From an uncultured Chthonomonadaceae bacterium (GTDB taxonomy: Bacteria > Armatimonadota > Chthonomonadetes > Chthonomonadales > Chthonomonadaceae): a DNA stretch of 64,000 nucleotides. The notes beneath the pieces were generated by a model. That model was not told the DNA's origin. It saw only the letters and a program-made list of their open reading frames with translations, and ran no database searches. This document shows positions 21,678 through 31,241 of the stretch, in pieces. Within the stretch, counting starts at the first letter, position 1, and each line of letters begins with the position of its first letter. The position numbers were made by a program, and so were the translations under genes. Where the stretch lies: assembly GCA_963817895.1 (NCBI GenBank), contig CAWFQB010000005.1, positions 640,001 through 704,000 of the forward strand, in the 5' to 3' direction.

Positions 21678-21998
21678 ATGCCCCAGGTCACAGTGGAAGG
21701 CGAAAAAACGTTTGAAGTGGAGGCCGGCACAAAACTGGTTCTCGCGCTGGAAGATAATGGCATTGACGTGCTGCACCGCTGCGGCGGCAACGCCCGTTGC
21801 ACGACATGCCGCGTCGAAATCGTATCGGGCGATCTGCCCCCGCAAAGCGAAGAAGAGATCGAAGCCCTTGAAGAGCCGGAACTAATCGCCCAATTCCGCC
21901 TGTCGTGCCAGGTCTACGTGGAAAGCGACCTGACCGTCCGCGTCGCCAAACGCGCCCATACGGAAGGCATCACCCCCGGCCCGCGCCCCGACCCGTAA
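21678..21998 (+). CDS. 2Fe-2S ferredoxin
   Basis: HRCGGNARCTTC...RLSCQ; AGGAG RBS. Confidence 0.92.
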   Translation: MPQVTVEGEKTFEVEAGTKLVLALEDNGIDVLHRCGGNARCTTCRVEIVSGDLPPQSEEEIEALEEPELIAQFRLSCQVYVESDLTVRVAKRAHTEGITPGPRPDP

Positions 21999-22064
21999 AT
22001 CCGTAGTTCACCACCCGCTGCGCTAGAGACACAGAGGCACAGGCGGGTGGTGAACTACGGATTT
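21997..22064. terminator. Perfect 22-bp inverted repeat between convergent genes, probable bidirectional terminator
   Basis: AAATCCGTAGTTCACCACCCGC (21997-22018) / GCGGGTGGTGAACTACGGATTT (22043-22064); loop contains a CACAGAG unit. Confidence 0.7.
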
Positions 22065-22465
22065 GTCACTTGATCCGCGCCGATGTTGGACAGGGCATCG
22101 GCGCGTTTGTTGAGTTCGCGGCGGACGTGGGTGACGCTGACCGTCGCGAATTGACTCAACAGCAGGCGGGCGCGCTGATAGAGCGGCAGCAGATGCTCGG
22201 CTTTTACCTTGTACTTGCCGTTGATTTGATGCGCCATCAGTTCGCTGTCGGTAAATACGGCGAGATCGTCGCAGCCGAGAGCGCGGGCCTCTTCCAATGC
22301 GCGAATCAGAGCCGTGTATTCCGCCACATTGTTCGTTGTTCGCCCCAACGGTTCCGCAACCTCTTTGACGACATTGCCCTCGCCATCCTCAATACTCACG
22401 CCGATGCCCGCCGGACCGGGATTGCCCCGCGCCGCGCCATCCACATGCGCCTTCCACTTGCTCAC
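22055..22465 (-). CDS. rnhA: Ribonuclease HI (actinobacterial/archaeal-type)
   Basis: DGAARGNPGPAG, TNNVAEY, DSEL, HVRRELNKRADAL. Confidence 0.9.
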   Translation of the reverse strand: MSKWKAHVDGAARGNPGPAGIGVSIEDGEGNVVKEVAEPLGRTTNNVAEYTALIRALEEARALGCDDLAVFTDSELMAHQINGKYKVKAEHLLPLYQRARLLLSQFATVSVTHVRRELNKRADALSNIGADQVTNP

Positions 22466-22482
22466 GCAAAACCTCCTTCGGA

Positions 22483-22607
22483 GTAGGTTGTCAGGTTGTT
22501 AGTTGTTAGTTGTTAGGTTGAACATGTTTAGCCGTAACTGTTGAGAAACGTCGAATCCTATCTGTCTAACAACTAACAACCTAACAACTAACAACCTGAC
22601 AACCTAC
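22483..22607. repeat. Hairpin with (GTTGTTA)n / (CTAACAAC)n arms
   Basis: Inverted microsatellite arms inside the DUF164-rnhA operon gap. Confidence 0.85.
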
Positions 22608-23314
22608 CTCTTATCCGCCAGCATCCGTTCGCAGTTTTCGCAGATGACGATTACTTTGCCTTCGCGGACGCGCAGCATGGTGTCGCGGGACAGGCCCATT
22701 TTGCAGCCGCCGCAGGCGTTGCCGTCCTGTAGCGAGACAATGGCGATGCCGTTTTTGGCGGTTCGCAGTTTCTCGTAGCGCTTGAGCAGGTCGGGAGCAA
22801 TCTCTTTTGCCTGCGCATTGCGCTGCGCCGTCAGGGTTTCCGCCTGCCCTTTGAACGTGGCGGACTGCGCCTGTGACGCGCTGGCTTTCACGTTGTACGC
22901 TTTGATCGCCTCGGAGAGCGTTTTCTTTGCGGCCTTTTCGCGGGCGCGGCAGGCTTCCACGTCCGTCAGCAGGGTTGTCAGTTTTTCGTCGAGCCGCTCC
23001 CGGTTGCGGGCCAGCATCTCGACCTCTTCCTGCATGAACTGAAGGTCTTTGGGGTTGCTGACCTTGCCGCTATACAGTTTGGTTTCCACCTCTTTGTGTT
23101 TGGTAATCACGCCGTCATGTTCCAGTTGCGTGTCTTTGTGATTGGTTTCCGCTGCCTGTAACGCGGCAAGGGCTTCATCATGCGCGGCTTTGGCCGTATC
23201 GTAGTGGGCGCGTTCTTCCTGTCCCCGGTCCTGCGCGGCGTACTGGCGCTTGATGGCATCCAGAGCGCTGTCAATCTGCTGTAAATCGTACAAAGCCAGT
23301 AGCTTTTCTTTCAT
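22604..23314 (-). CDS. Coiled-coil protein with C4-type zinc ribbon (DUF164)
   Basis: LYDLQQID, long coiled coil, CGGC...CENCERML; typical neighbour of RNase HI. Confidence 0.9.
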   Translation of the reverse strand: MKEKLLALYDLQQIDSALDAIKRQYAAQDRGQEERAHYDTAKAAHDEALAALQAAETNHKDTQLEHDGVITKHKEVETKLYSGKVSNPKDLQFMQEEVEMLARNRERLDEKLTTLLTDVEACRAREKAAKKTLSEAIKAYNVKASASQAQSATFKGQAETLTAQRNAQAKEIAPDLLKRYEKLRTAKNGIAIVSLQDGNACGGCKMGLSRDTMLRVREGKVIVICENCERMLADKR

Positions 23315-23529
23315 TGTTTTCCTGTATCCTCAGCGCGACACGCGGCGTCCAGCATTGCGCTGTCGGGCGTGTGTGGCTCTATGGCGAGAGTTATAGGAAT
23401 ACAATTCGACATGAAAAGCGCAATCCCCTGCTTTGGCGTGAACAACAGAGCAAACAAAAAAGCAGGAACATCCAAAAGATGCTCCTGCTTTCTCATTGCA
23501 ATTGCCCTGTGGCATGGGAACAGATACGC

Positions 23530-23880
23530 TTATCGGTTCTGATCGTCATGCTTCTGGCGGTGAATGGCCTGACTTGTGTGGTTCAGCTGATGCTCCAGTC
23601 GGCGATGTTCAGCCGCGCTGATGTGTCCGCCGGTCACGCGGTCACGCGACTGATGGTAGCGGACGCGAGAATCGCGCAGGCGCATACGATTGGCTTCACG
23701 CCGGGTCAGGGAACCGCTTTTCACGCCCTGCCGAATACGCGCGTTCTGTTCTTTCAGACGCGAATTGACGCTGTGCGGATGCGGGGGCGTGGTTTGCGCG
23801 ATGGCGGGAAGCGCCATGACAGCCATGAGCGCGACGGGCGCAAGGCAGGATATACAACGGGTTACGTTTAAGGTTTTCAT
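23530..23880 (-). CDS. Secreted Arg-rich helical protein
   Basis: Signal peptide; QNARIRQGVKSGSLTRREA...IHRQKHD pattern. Confidence 0.75.
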   Translation of the reverse strand: MKTLNVTRCISCLAPVALMAVMALPAIAQTTPPHPHSVNSRLKEQNARIRQGVKSGSLTRREANRMRLRDSRVRYHQSRDRVTGGHISAAEHRRLEHQLNHTSQAIHRQKHDDQNR

Positions 23881-24019
23881 GTTTGGTTTCCAATCCTATC
23901 GGAAGCGGCAATGCTCCGATTTTTGATTATTCGGTTTTCAGTTTTGTTTGAACCGCTCCATTTGTGCGCGGTAGAATTAGAGACGCGACGCCCATTGGAA
24001 AGTTCAACTTTTATTTTGG

Positions 24020-25615
24020 CTACTCATCCGGTTCCGGTTTCTCCGTCTCTTTTTTGTGCTTCAGGTACGCGCTCCACAAGTCCAGACTCGGCCACACTTC
24101 GACAAACGTGTCGCTGCGGAGGTTGAACAGTTTGTTCATCAGGTGGGTTTTATCCAGTTTTTGGGTTAGTTGCTCGTCGAACTCCTGTGAGGCGAGGATA
24201 ATGGGCGCTACCGCGTCCGGGGGAACCTGATTGTAGTAGCCGATGTTGGGAAAGCGGCGCAGATACCAGGGCATGGGCCAGTAGTAGTTGTTTATCCAGA
24301 TGATTTGAATGACCGTTTGATCGCCCTGCGGATAGGGTCGGGTAATCTTTTCAATGTATTCGCCAAGCTTTGCCACATCGGGCGCGGGCTGCGCATAGCA
24401 GTAGGGATTGCGCGGGTTGTCCTGCTCCACATAACTGGTACGGTACGACTGAAAGCCGAGTTGAACAGTGGCAAGCAGCAGCAGGAACGCCAGTACCGCC
24501 TTGCCGATTCTACCCGGCACAAGTCTGAGCAGGGTTATTGCGCCGATGCCCGCCAGCAAAATCATGCCGTTGAGGAAACTCAGGACGCACCAGGGCGTTT
24601 TGTAGGGGATGAGGCTGTAAATCAGAGTTAAAATCAGCGTGTAAAAGGCGGCGAAGCGGGCGAAAACCGGACTGCCCTCCAGAAAATTGTTGCGGGCAGG
24701 AAGCAGGGCGGCAATCAGGCCGACAAGGGCAAGGCCGACAATCAGCCCTTCGCTCCAGACGGGGCCATCCGGTTGATGCGTCCATACGAGCAGATGCAAA
24801 TAGTAGAAGAAACCGTGTTTGTGCAGGCTTGTGCCACCGGCGCGATTGAGCCAGGGCGTATAGGCGCGAAGGTAATCAAAGGGGCCGCGAAGGTTGGTTC
24901 CCCACCCGGACAGGAACAGGCAGGCCACAATCAGACAGGCGGCAAGGGCGAACACAATCGGTTTGGGCTGCCACAGGGCGCGTAGATCAAGACTGCGCTT
25001 ATCCACCCGCTTTGTCCACCATACCATCAGACCACAAGCGGCGGCGGCAGAAGCAAACGCGAGAACAGCGGTTTCTTTGGACGCGATCATCAATCCGGCG
25101 CACACGCCCGCTCCCACAAGCCAGCCGGTTTTACGATTACGGGTATAGCGCCAGCCACACGCGATCATGCCGAGCGTGAAAAAGGCGAGCGGGATTTCCT
25201 GAATGAAGTAGCGGCTGTAAAACACGAAAGCGGGGGAAATGGCGGTTAGAACGCCCACGAGTAAAGCGGCCTTTTTGCCCAAACCATCGGCAAGGGGCAA
25301 GAGCCAGAGCAACATCGCCGCCCCAAACACGATAATGGGCAGGCGATAGTCGGCTTCCCGCGTTTCGGCAAACGTATGCCGATGATGCAGCCATACAGAG
25401 GGCAGAGCGGCGTAATACAGCGTCGGCCCGTGATACTCGTTGGGGTCGTACTTGTACTCGCCCTTTTGCCACAGGTCGAGAAACTTGAAAGCGTGGACAG
25501 CCTCATCGCCGTGAAATGCGCGGTTTCCCGGCTCATACAGCCGAAAGCACAATGCGCCCAGCGCAAGCAAGCAAAGCGTCAAAAGGAAGGGTTGGAACGG
25601 GGCGCGGTTCCGCAT
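24020..25615 (-). CDS. GT-C fold membrane glycosyltransferase (GT39 / TIGR03663 Agl23-like)
   Basis: FHGDEAVHA, YDPNEYHGP, YSRYFIQE, SKET, YKTPW, YWPMPWYLR. Confidence 0.85.
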   Translation of the reverse strand: MRNRAPFQPFLLTLCLLALGALCFRLYEPGNRAFHGDEAVHAFKFLDLWQKGEYKYDPNEYHGPTLYYAALPSVWLHHRHTFAETREADYRLPIIVFGAAMLLWLLPLADGLGKKAALLVGVLTAISPAFVFYSRYFIQEIPLAFFTLGMIACGWRYTRNRKTGWLVGAGVCAGLMIASKETAVLAFASAAAACGLMVWWTKRVDKRSLDLRALWQPKPIVFALAACLIVACLFLSGWGTNLRGPFDYLRAYTPWLNRAGGTSLHKHGFFYYLHLLVWTHQPDGPVWSEGLIVGLALVGLIAALLPARNNFLEGSPVFARFAAFYTLILTLIYSLIPYKTPWCVLSFLNGMILLAGIGAITLLRLVPGRIGKAVLAFLLLLATVQLGFQSYRTSYVEQDNPRNPYCYAQPAPDVAKLGEYIEKITRPYPQGDQTVIQIIWINNYYWPMPWYLRRFPNIGYYNQVPPDAVAPIILASQEFDEQLTQKLDKTHLMNKLFNLRSDTFVEVWPSLDLWSAYLKHKKETEKPEPDE

Positions 25616-25643
25616 AAGCGTTACAATCCATAACCAGTGTTAT

Positions 25644-25771
25644 TATTCACCACCAAGACGCCAGGAACACCAGGAGAGAAAAAGAAAAGAATAAAAAGAC
25701 GTTTCGCGACCAGTCTTAATTTGAAATTCTCTTTGTATTTCCTGATGTTCCTGGTATCTTGGTGGTGAATA
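25644..25771. repeat. Hairpin with CACCACCAAGAC.CCAGG arms
   Basis: TATTCACCACCAAGA ... TCTTGGTGGTGAATA; related to 54479-54585. Confidence 0.8.
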
Positions 25772-25781
25772 GTCCTAACGT

Positions 25782-26525
25782 TTACTGCGCGGGGACGCCG
25801 TACACTTCCACTTCGGTGTAGCGGTTCAGTTGGTCGCGGAAGGTGCTGCCCTTGCTGTACAGGCGGACGTAACGCCCCTTTGCGCCTTTGGCGTCAATCA
25901 GTTTGCCCTCATTGGACTCGACGTATTCGCGATCCTTGCCGATGCCCTGCCCGACAAGGTTTTCCTGATCGTTGTTGAACACGGTGGTCACGCCGTCCAC
26001 GAATTTTGGATCATCGGACACCTGCACGACAACGCTGTGGTAGACAATGGGTTCCAGATGGGTGTGCCACACGGCGACATAGGAGAGCGGGGCCGACGCG
26101 CCCAGATCAATCTGTATCCACTGGGGGCGGGGCTTGAGTTCTACAGCGGCGTCTTCCCGCGCTTCCTTGTCGCCATCCGTAACCAGTTCCAGTTCGCCGC
26201 TGAAAGGCGCGGTGCTACTCGTCACTTTTTTGTGCAGAGCGAGGTTGACCGTGCCTTTGGGAACCATAGGAACGGCGCGGGGCGTTTTGGACAGCGGCTC
26301 CACTTTGGGATCAATGCCCTTGTTGCTGGCTGTACCCGCGAAAACCGCTTTCGGCAGTTTGATCGGCAGGGGAATTCTGTCGCCCGCTTGCGCGAGGGCG
26401 GGGCGCAATCCAACAAATCCGGCCACAAGCGCAAGGCCACACGCGAACGTTCCAATCGTTAATTTTACCGCGCGTCGCGCGTTCCGAGACGTAGCTTTCA
26501 TCAACCCGTTCTCCTTTGAATACAA
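25782..26525 (-). CDS. Secreted discoidin (F5/8 type C) domain protein
   Basis: NLALHKKVTSS, TDGD, WIQIDLG, GRYVRLYS, EVEVYG. Confidence 0.8.
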   Translation of the reverse strand: MYSKENGLMKATSRNARRAVKLTIGTFACGLALVAGFVGLRPALAQAGDRIPLPIKLPKAVFAGTASNKGIDPKVEPLSKTPRAVPMVPKGTVNLALHKKVTSSTAPFSGELELVTDGDKEAREDAAVELKPRPQWIQIDLGASAPLSYVAVWHTHLEPIVYHSVVVQVSDDPKFVDGVTTVFNNDQENLVGQGIGKDREYVESNEGKLIDAKGAKGRYVRLYSKGSTFRDQLNRYTEVEVYGVPAQ

Positions 26526-26912
26526 TGTTATCCAGTCCGCTCGATTTTGATGAAATCAACTGAAATCAACAGCAAGCGGTTCTGGAAGTTGGACACAAAT
26601 CATTGCCTGTAAAAAGGCGTATTTCAATAGTACGATAGGTAGGCGGCATTGTGACCACTACACTGTGGAGTAGTTCCTGTGAACAGCGGTCAAACCGTTG
26701 GACGCGGCTTCGGACAGGATGTTTCAGCGGAAGGCCACGCGCATCGTCCTAATTTACAAACCCTACTATTTTATACCGCATACCTGCGCGTTTTGCAGAA
26801 ATTTTCCGTTATTGAAACTATTCAGGCCCTCACCCCTGACCCCTCACACAAAACGTATTTCAAAGCGCAGCAGAAATACGCAGGTGGGGGAGGGAAATTG
26901 TAAGGAGAGATC

Positions 26913-27521
26913 ATGGGCAAAAATCGGCTGGAAGCGTTCAGCGACGGCGTTCTGGCGATCATTATTACCATCATGGTGCTGGAACTGAAGATTCCACAGG
27001 GCGCGGACTTCACCGCGCTGCGCCCCCTGCTGCCGGTTTTTCTGAGTTACGCGCTGAGTTTCGTGTACGCGGGCATCTACTGGAATAATCATCACCACAT
27101 GCTTCATCTGGTACAGCGGGTAAACGGCGCGATTTTGTGGGCTAATCTGCATCTGTTGTTCTGGCTGTCGCTGACGCCTTTTGTAACCGGCTGGATGGGC
27201 GCAAACCATTTCGCGCCCACCCCTGTGGCTTTGTATGGCGTGCTGCTGCTGATGAGCGGACTGGCTTATTTCATACTGCAAAGAACCATTGTGGTCAGTC
27301 AGGGACACGCCTCGCTGCTGGCAAAGGCGATTGGACGGGACGCGAAAGGCAAGTTGTCGCTTGTGTTTTACGCCCTTGCGATTCCTCTCGCCTATGTTCA
27401 GCAGTGGATTGCGGGCGGGTTGTACGTTCTGGTCGCCCTGATGTGGCTTATCCCCGACCTCCGCATTGAACACGCCGTTGCCTCTTTCGAGAAGACCGAC
27501 GCCGCCGACAAAGACGATTGA
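26913..27521 (+). CDS. TMEM175-family K+ channel
   Basis: RLEAFSDGVLAIIITIMVLEL, IYWNNHHH. Confidence 0.93.
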   Translation: MGKNRLEAFSDGVLAIIITIMVLELKIPQGADFTALRPLLPVFLSYALSFVYAGIYWNNHHHMLHLVQRVNGAILWANLHLLFWLSLTPFVTGWMGANHFAPTPVALYGVLLLMSGLAYFILQRTIVVSQGHASLLAKAIGRDAKGKLSLVFYALAIPLAYVQQWIAGGLYVLVALMWLIPDLRIEHAVASFEKTDAADKDD

Positions 27522-27550
27522 GCCGTGAGAAAAGAACAACGCTGTGAACC

Positions 27551-28351
27551 TTAGCCCGCCAGTCGCTCTTTCAGGAAGGCTACGCTGCGGGGCAGAACGT
27601 CGTCGGCTTTGCCGGATAATCCGCACTCGAAAGCCATGTAGCCACCGAAGTTGACCGCTTTCAGGGCGACGAAGATGGCGCGGAAATCTATGTCGCCCGT
27701 TCCCGGTTCAAGGCGCGTGTTGTCGGCTAAATGCACATGTCCAATCGCGTCCCCCACTTCGCGCAGGGCGGCGGGGCTATCGGTTTCCTCGATGTGCATG
27801 TGGAACGTGTCCGACATCAGGCGAACGCCGGGGCTGTTCAGGGTTCGCACCACGCTTGCGCCGTCTTTTTGTCTGGGCAGGCTGTTGGACTCGTAGCGGT
27901 TGAGGGGTTCCAGCAGGATCGCCGCGCCCGCTGTTTCCGCATACGACGCAAGCGTTTGCAGCATGGCGACCAGCATTTCCCGTTCCAGTTCACCCCGCGT
28001 TTTCCACGGCGACATGTCGGGCAGGCGGTCATTGCTATTAAAAATGGGAACCGTGATGTAGCCGACGCAGCCCAACTCCGCCGCGTAATCCAACTGCTTT
28101 TTCAGCGCGTCCGCGCACACCTGTCGCTTCGCCGGGTCGCGATGTACCAGTTCCGCCGGCGCGCCCCCGCAGATGGAGGAGGCGCGTACCGGGCTGTCTT
28201 TCAGCGCGGCCTTGCGCTCGGCAAAACCCGCCGGGTCGGTCAATTTACTGCCGTTCAACTCCACGCCCTCAAACCCGTAGCGTTCCAGATTGCGCAGTTT
28301 CTCCACAAACGTATCGCCGGGTATTAGCCCTTCCTGACAGGACAATTTCAT
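27551..28351 (-). CDS. Sugar-phosphate isomerase/epimerase (xylose isomerase-like TIM barrel)
   Basis: EPLNRYE, DTFHMHIEE, HVHLADNTRLEPGTG. Confidence 0.9.
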   Translation of the reverse strand: MKLSCQEGLIPGDTFVEKLRNLERYGFEGVELNGSKLTDPAGFAERKAALKDSPVRASSICGGAPAELVHRDPAKRQVCADALKKQLDYAAELGCVGYITVPIFNSNDRLPDMSPWKTRGELEREMLVAMLQTLASYAETAGAAILLEPLNRYESNSLPRQKDGASVVRTLNSPGVRLMSDTFHMHIEETDSPAALREVGDAIGHVHLADNTRLEPGTGDIDFRAIFVALKAVNFGGYMAFECGLSGKADDVLPRSVAFLKERLAG

Positions 28352-28366
28352 GGTAGGTCTCCTTAT

Positions 28367-28499
28367 TAGGGTTTTAGGGTTTTAGGGTTCTATGGGTTTT
28401 AGGTATGTTGCGTTCTCATAGCAAATCTTCTCTTTGCGAAACAGAGCGAATACTGCCTGAACACCTAAAACCCTAAAACCATAGAACCCTAAAACCCTA
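28367..28499. repeat. Hairpin with (TTTTAGGG)n / (CCCTAAAA)n arms
   Basis: TAGGGTTTTAGGGTTTTTAGGG ... CCTAAAACCCTAAAACCATAGAACCCTAAAACCCTA. Confidence 0.85.
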
Positions 28500-29960
28500 T
28501 GCGAGTATATCTTTGATTACATTGCCGTACACATCGGTCAGACGGTAATCGCGGCCCGCGTAGTGGTACGTCAGGCGTGTGTGGTCCAGTCCGAGCAGGT
28601 GCAGAATGGTGGCCTGTAAATCGTGGACATGGACGGGATTTTCCACGACGTTGAAGCCCATATCATCGGTTGCGCCATACGTCAGGCCGGGTTTGATGCC
28701 GCCGCCCGCCAGCCACATCGTATACGCGGACGGGTGATGGTCGCGCCCCTGACTGCGGCCTAGCGCGGCGTTGGATTCCACCATGGGCGTCCGCCCGAAC
28801 TCGCCGCCCCATATTACCAGCGTATCGTCCAGTAATCCGCGCTGCTTCAAATCCCTGATGAGGGCCGCGCTCGCTTTGTCGGTCGCGCCGCAGTTGCCTT
28901 TGAGGTTGCCGACAACATCGGAGTGCGCGTCCCAGCCCTCGTGATAGATGTTGACGAAGCGGACGCCGCGCTCAATCAGGCGGCGGGCGAGGAGGCAGGC
29001 GCGGGCAAACGAGGGCTTGTCCGGGTCGGCTCCATACATTTCCAGCGTGGCTTTCGATTCGGAGCGTAAATCCATCAGTTCGGGCGCGGAGGTTTGCAGT
29101 TTATACGACATTTCATACGCGGCAATGCGGGCGGCGATTTCCGGGTCGTGTTGGGTTTCCAGTTGTTTGCGGTTCATTTCGCCGACAAGATCAAGCGTGT
29201 CGCGCTGCAAGCGGTCGTCCATCCCCTGCGGGCGGCTCACATTCAGAATCGGATCGCCCTGACTGCGCAGCCGCGTACCCGAATACACGGAGGGCAAAAA
29301 TCCGCTCGACCAGTTCGCCGCGCCCCCACTGATTCCCGCGCCCGTGGACATCACGACAAACGAGGGCAAATCTCTGGTTTCCGCGCCAAGCCCATACGTT
29401 ACCCACGATCCTATGCTTGGGCGTCCCGGCTGTCCGAAACCCGTGTTGAACAGAATCTGCGCGGGCGCGTGGTTGAACTGATCCGTTTTCACGGATTTAA
29501 TCAGGCAAATGTCGTCCGCAACCGTTGCCAGATGTGGCAGCATTTCGGACAATTCCATGCCGCACTGCCCATGTTTGCTGAACTTAAATTGCGGCCCCAA
29601 CACCGCCGCGTCCGGGCGAATGAACGCATACCGCTGCCCGTTAATCACAGAAGGCGGAATCGGCTTGCCCTCCATCTTCGCCAGTTCCGGTTTGTAATCG
29701 AACAAATCCAACTGCGACGGCGCACCCGCCATAAACAGATGAATCACGCGCTTCGCTTTCGGGGCGAAATGTGGATGATGAGAAACGCCCTCACCCCCGC
29801 CCCCTCTCCCAAAAGTGCCTGGGAGCGGGGAGTTCTGGGCCTGTGCGCGGGATGCAGTGAAAGCATCCGTCAGCAGGGAAGCCAGCGCCATTTTGCCTAA
29901 TCCGACGCCACACTCCCGAAAGAAGTGCCGCCGCGCTATTTGTAGTTTCTTGTTTTCCAT
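28497..29960 (-). CDS. DUF1501 domain protein (twin-arginine N-terminus)
   Basis: [56 protein letters not shown]. Confidence 0.92.
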   Translation of the reverse strand: MENKKLQIARRHFFRECGVGLGKMALASLLTDAFTASRAQAQNSPLPGTFGRGGGGEGVSHHPHFAPKAKRVIHLFMAGAPSQLDLFDYKPELAKMEGKPIPPSVINGQRYAFIRPDAAVLGPQFKFSKHGQCGMELSEMLPHLATVADDICLIKSVKTDQFNHAPAQILFNTGFGQPGRPSIGSWVTYGLGAETRDLPSFVVMSTGAGISGGAANWSSGFLPSVYSGTRLRSQGDPILNVSRPQGMDDRLQRDTLDLVGEMNRKQLETQHDPEIAARIAAYEMSYKLQTSAPELMDLRSESKATLEMYGADPDKPSFARACLLARRLIERGVRFVNIYHEGWDAHSDVVGNLKGNCGATDKASAALIRDLKQRGLLDDTLVIWGGEFGRTPMVESNAALGRSQGRDHHPSAYTMWLAGGGIKPGLTYGATDDMGFNVVENPVHVHDLQATILHLLGLDHTRLTYHYAGRDYRLTDVYGNVIKDILA

Positions 29961-30097
29961 ATGTTTCTCTTGTTGCTTTGCCTGTCGTCTGGCGCAAAGC
30001 AGATAAAATTGACCAAATCTCTTCGTTACCCATAATCTTGTATGACGGACGAATTCCTTCCGTCGCCACCACACCGGAACTTATGGAGGTAGCGTGT

Positions 30098-31223
30098 TTA
30101 CTCTGTCGTATCGAACTGATGGAGTAAATTTGCCACAGAGGTACAACCATATTTTTCGGCACAACGGAGCGCAGTCAGCAAATCTTTGCTAAGATTGCTG
30201 TAGTCCGCGCCGTGATCCAGAAGATAGCGCACTGTGCGTAATTGACAGGTGGATGCCGCAACCATCAAGGCCGTATAACCCATAGCTTCTGTAGAATTTA
30301 CATCTGCCCCGGATGCCACAAGCTCCTCTACGCAGTCATCATTCCCGAAGATAACCGCGACTATTAACGCGGTTAATCCACTTCTTGTGGTCGCATTTGG
30401 TGCGGCTCCATGCGATAGAAGCAATTTCACTGCCTCAGTGTTTCCATACATGCACGCTACCATTAGACAAGTCCAGTTTTCATTTGCGGCACTATTCGAA
30501 TTAGTGCCCTGCTCCAGCAATCGTACGGCATCTATGTTCTTTCGTCGGCGTATATATCTCATTAGACGTTGCGGCAATGGCTGCGACTTTTGATAAAATA
30601 GAAATTTGTATACGCCAAAAAAACCACTGCACAACAGATAAGCCAGATGTAAGCCATGATCTAATAAGCTGCAAAACCACGTCTTTGCTGTTCCTGACGA
30701 CGTAGTAGAATGACCACGCGCTGATTCGCGTAATATATAGTATTTTGGAAACCACAATGCATCAGGAAGACAATCCAAGATGACATTCTCGTTATCCAAA
30801 AATTTGCAGATCAACTTCAAATAAGAAGCATATACATCAGTGTATACATAAACTCTTTGCCGTGTAACAGCGTGATATATCTCATAGGGCAAAGTATAGT
30901 AATACTGATAGGGTTCTAATCGAACCGGCAGATTGTCAAAATTCTCTATGTCGTCTCCGTCATATGTGTATCCAACTTTTCGACCCCGAACCAGCACGTA
31001 CCAAAATTTGTGGTCAGCAGTGTCGGGATGAACCCATTTTTCGGGGCACGCGTCATGGAAAGATTGCCATAGAACACACGAAATAGTAATCCGCCATTTG
31101 TTTTCTTCATCCATTTTACACAACTTCCGCCAACGGCACGTCCTCCTAAGAACCCGCTGCAAACGTCATCAGCAACGCTGCCGACACTACCAGAGAACAA
31201 ATAACGTCATGCAGCATGAACAT
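30098..31223 (-). CDS. Ankyrin-repeat membrane protein, AT-rich; true start probably 31223 with an indel near 31163
   Basis: WTCLMVACMYGN, GLTALIVAV..GN, GYTALMVAA repeats; hydrophobic leader MFMLHDVICSLVVSAALLMT in the adjacent frame. Confidence 0.75.
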
Positions 31224-31241
31224 GAAGGCTATCCTTTAAAG

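Noticed and set aside
28367..28499. TTTTAGGG arrays resembling algal/plant telomere repeats
   Set aside because: Only a few degenerate units arranged as a hairpin between bacterial genes; same architecture as the other microsatellite hairpins
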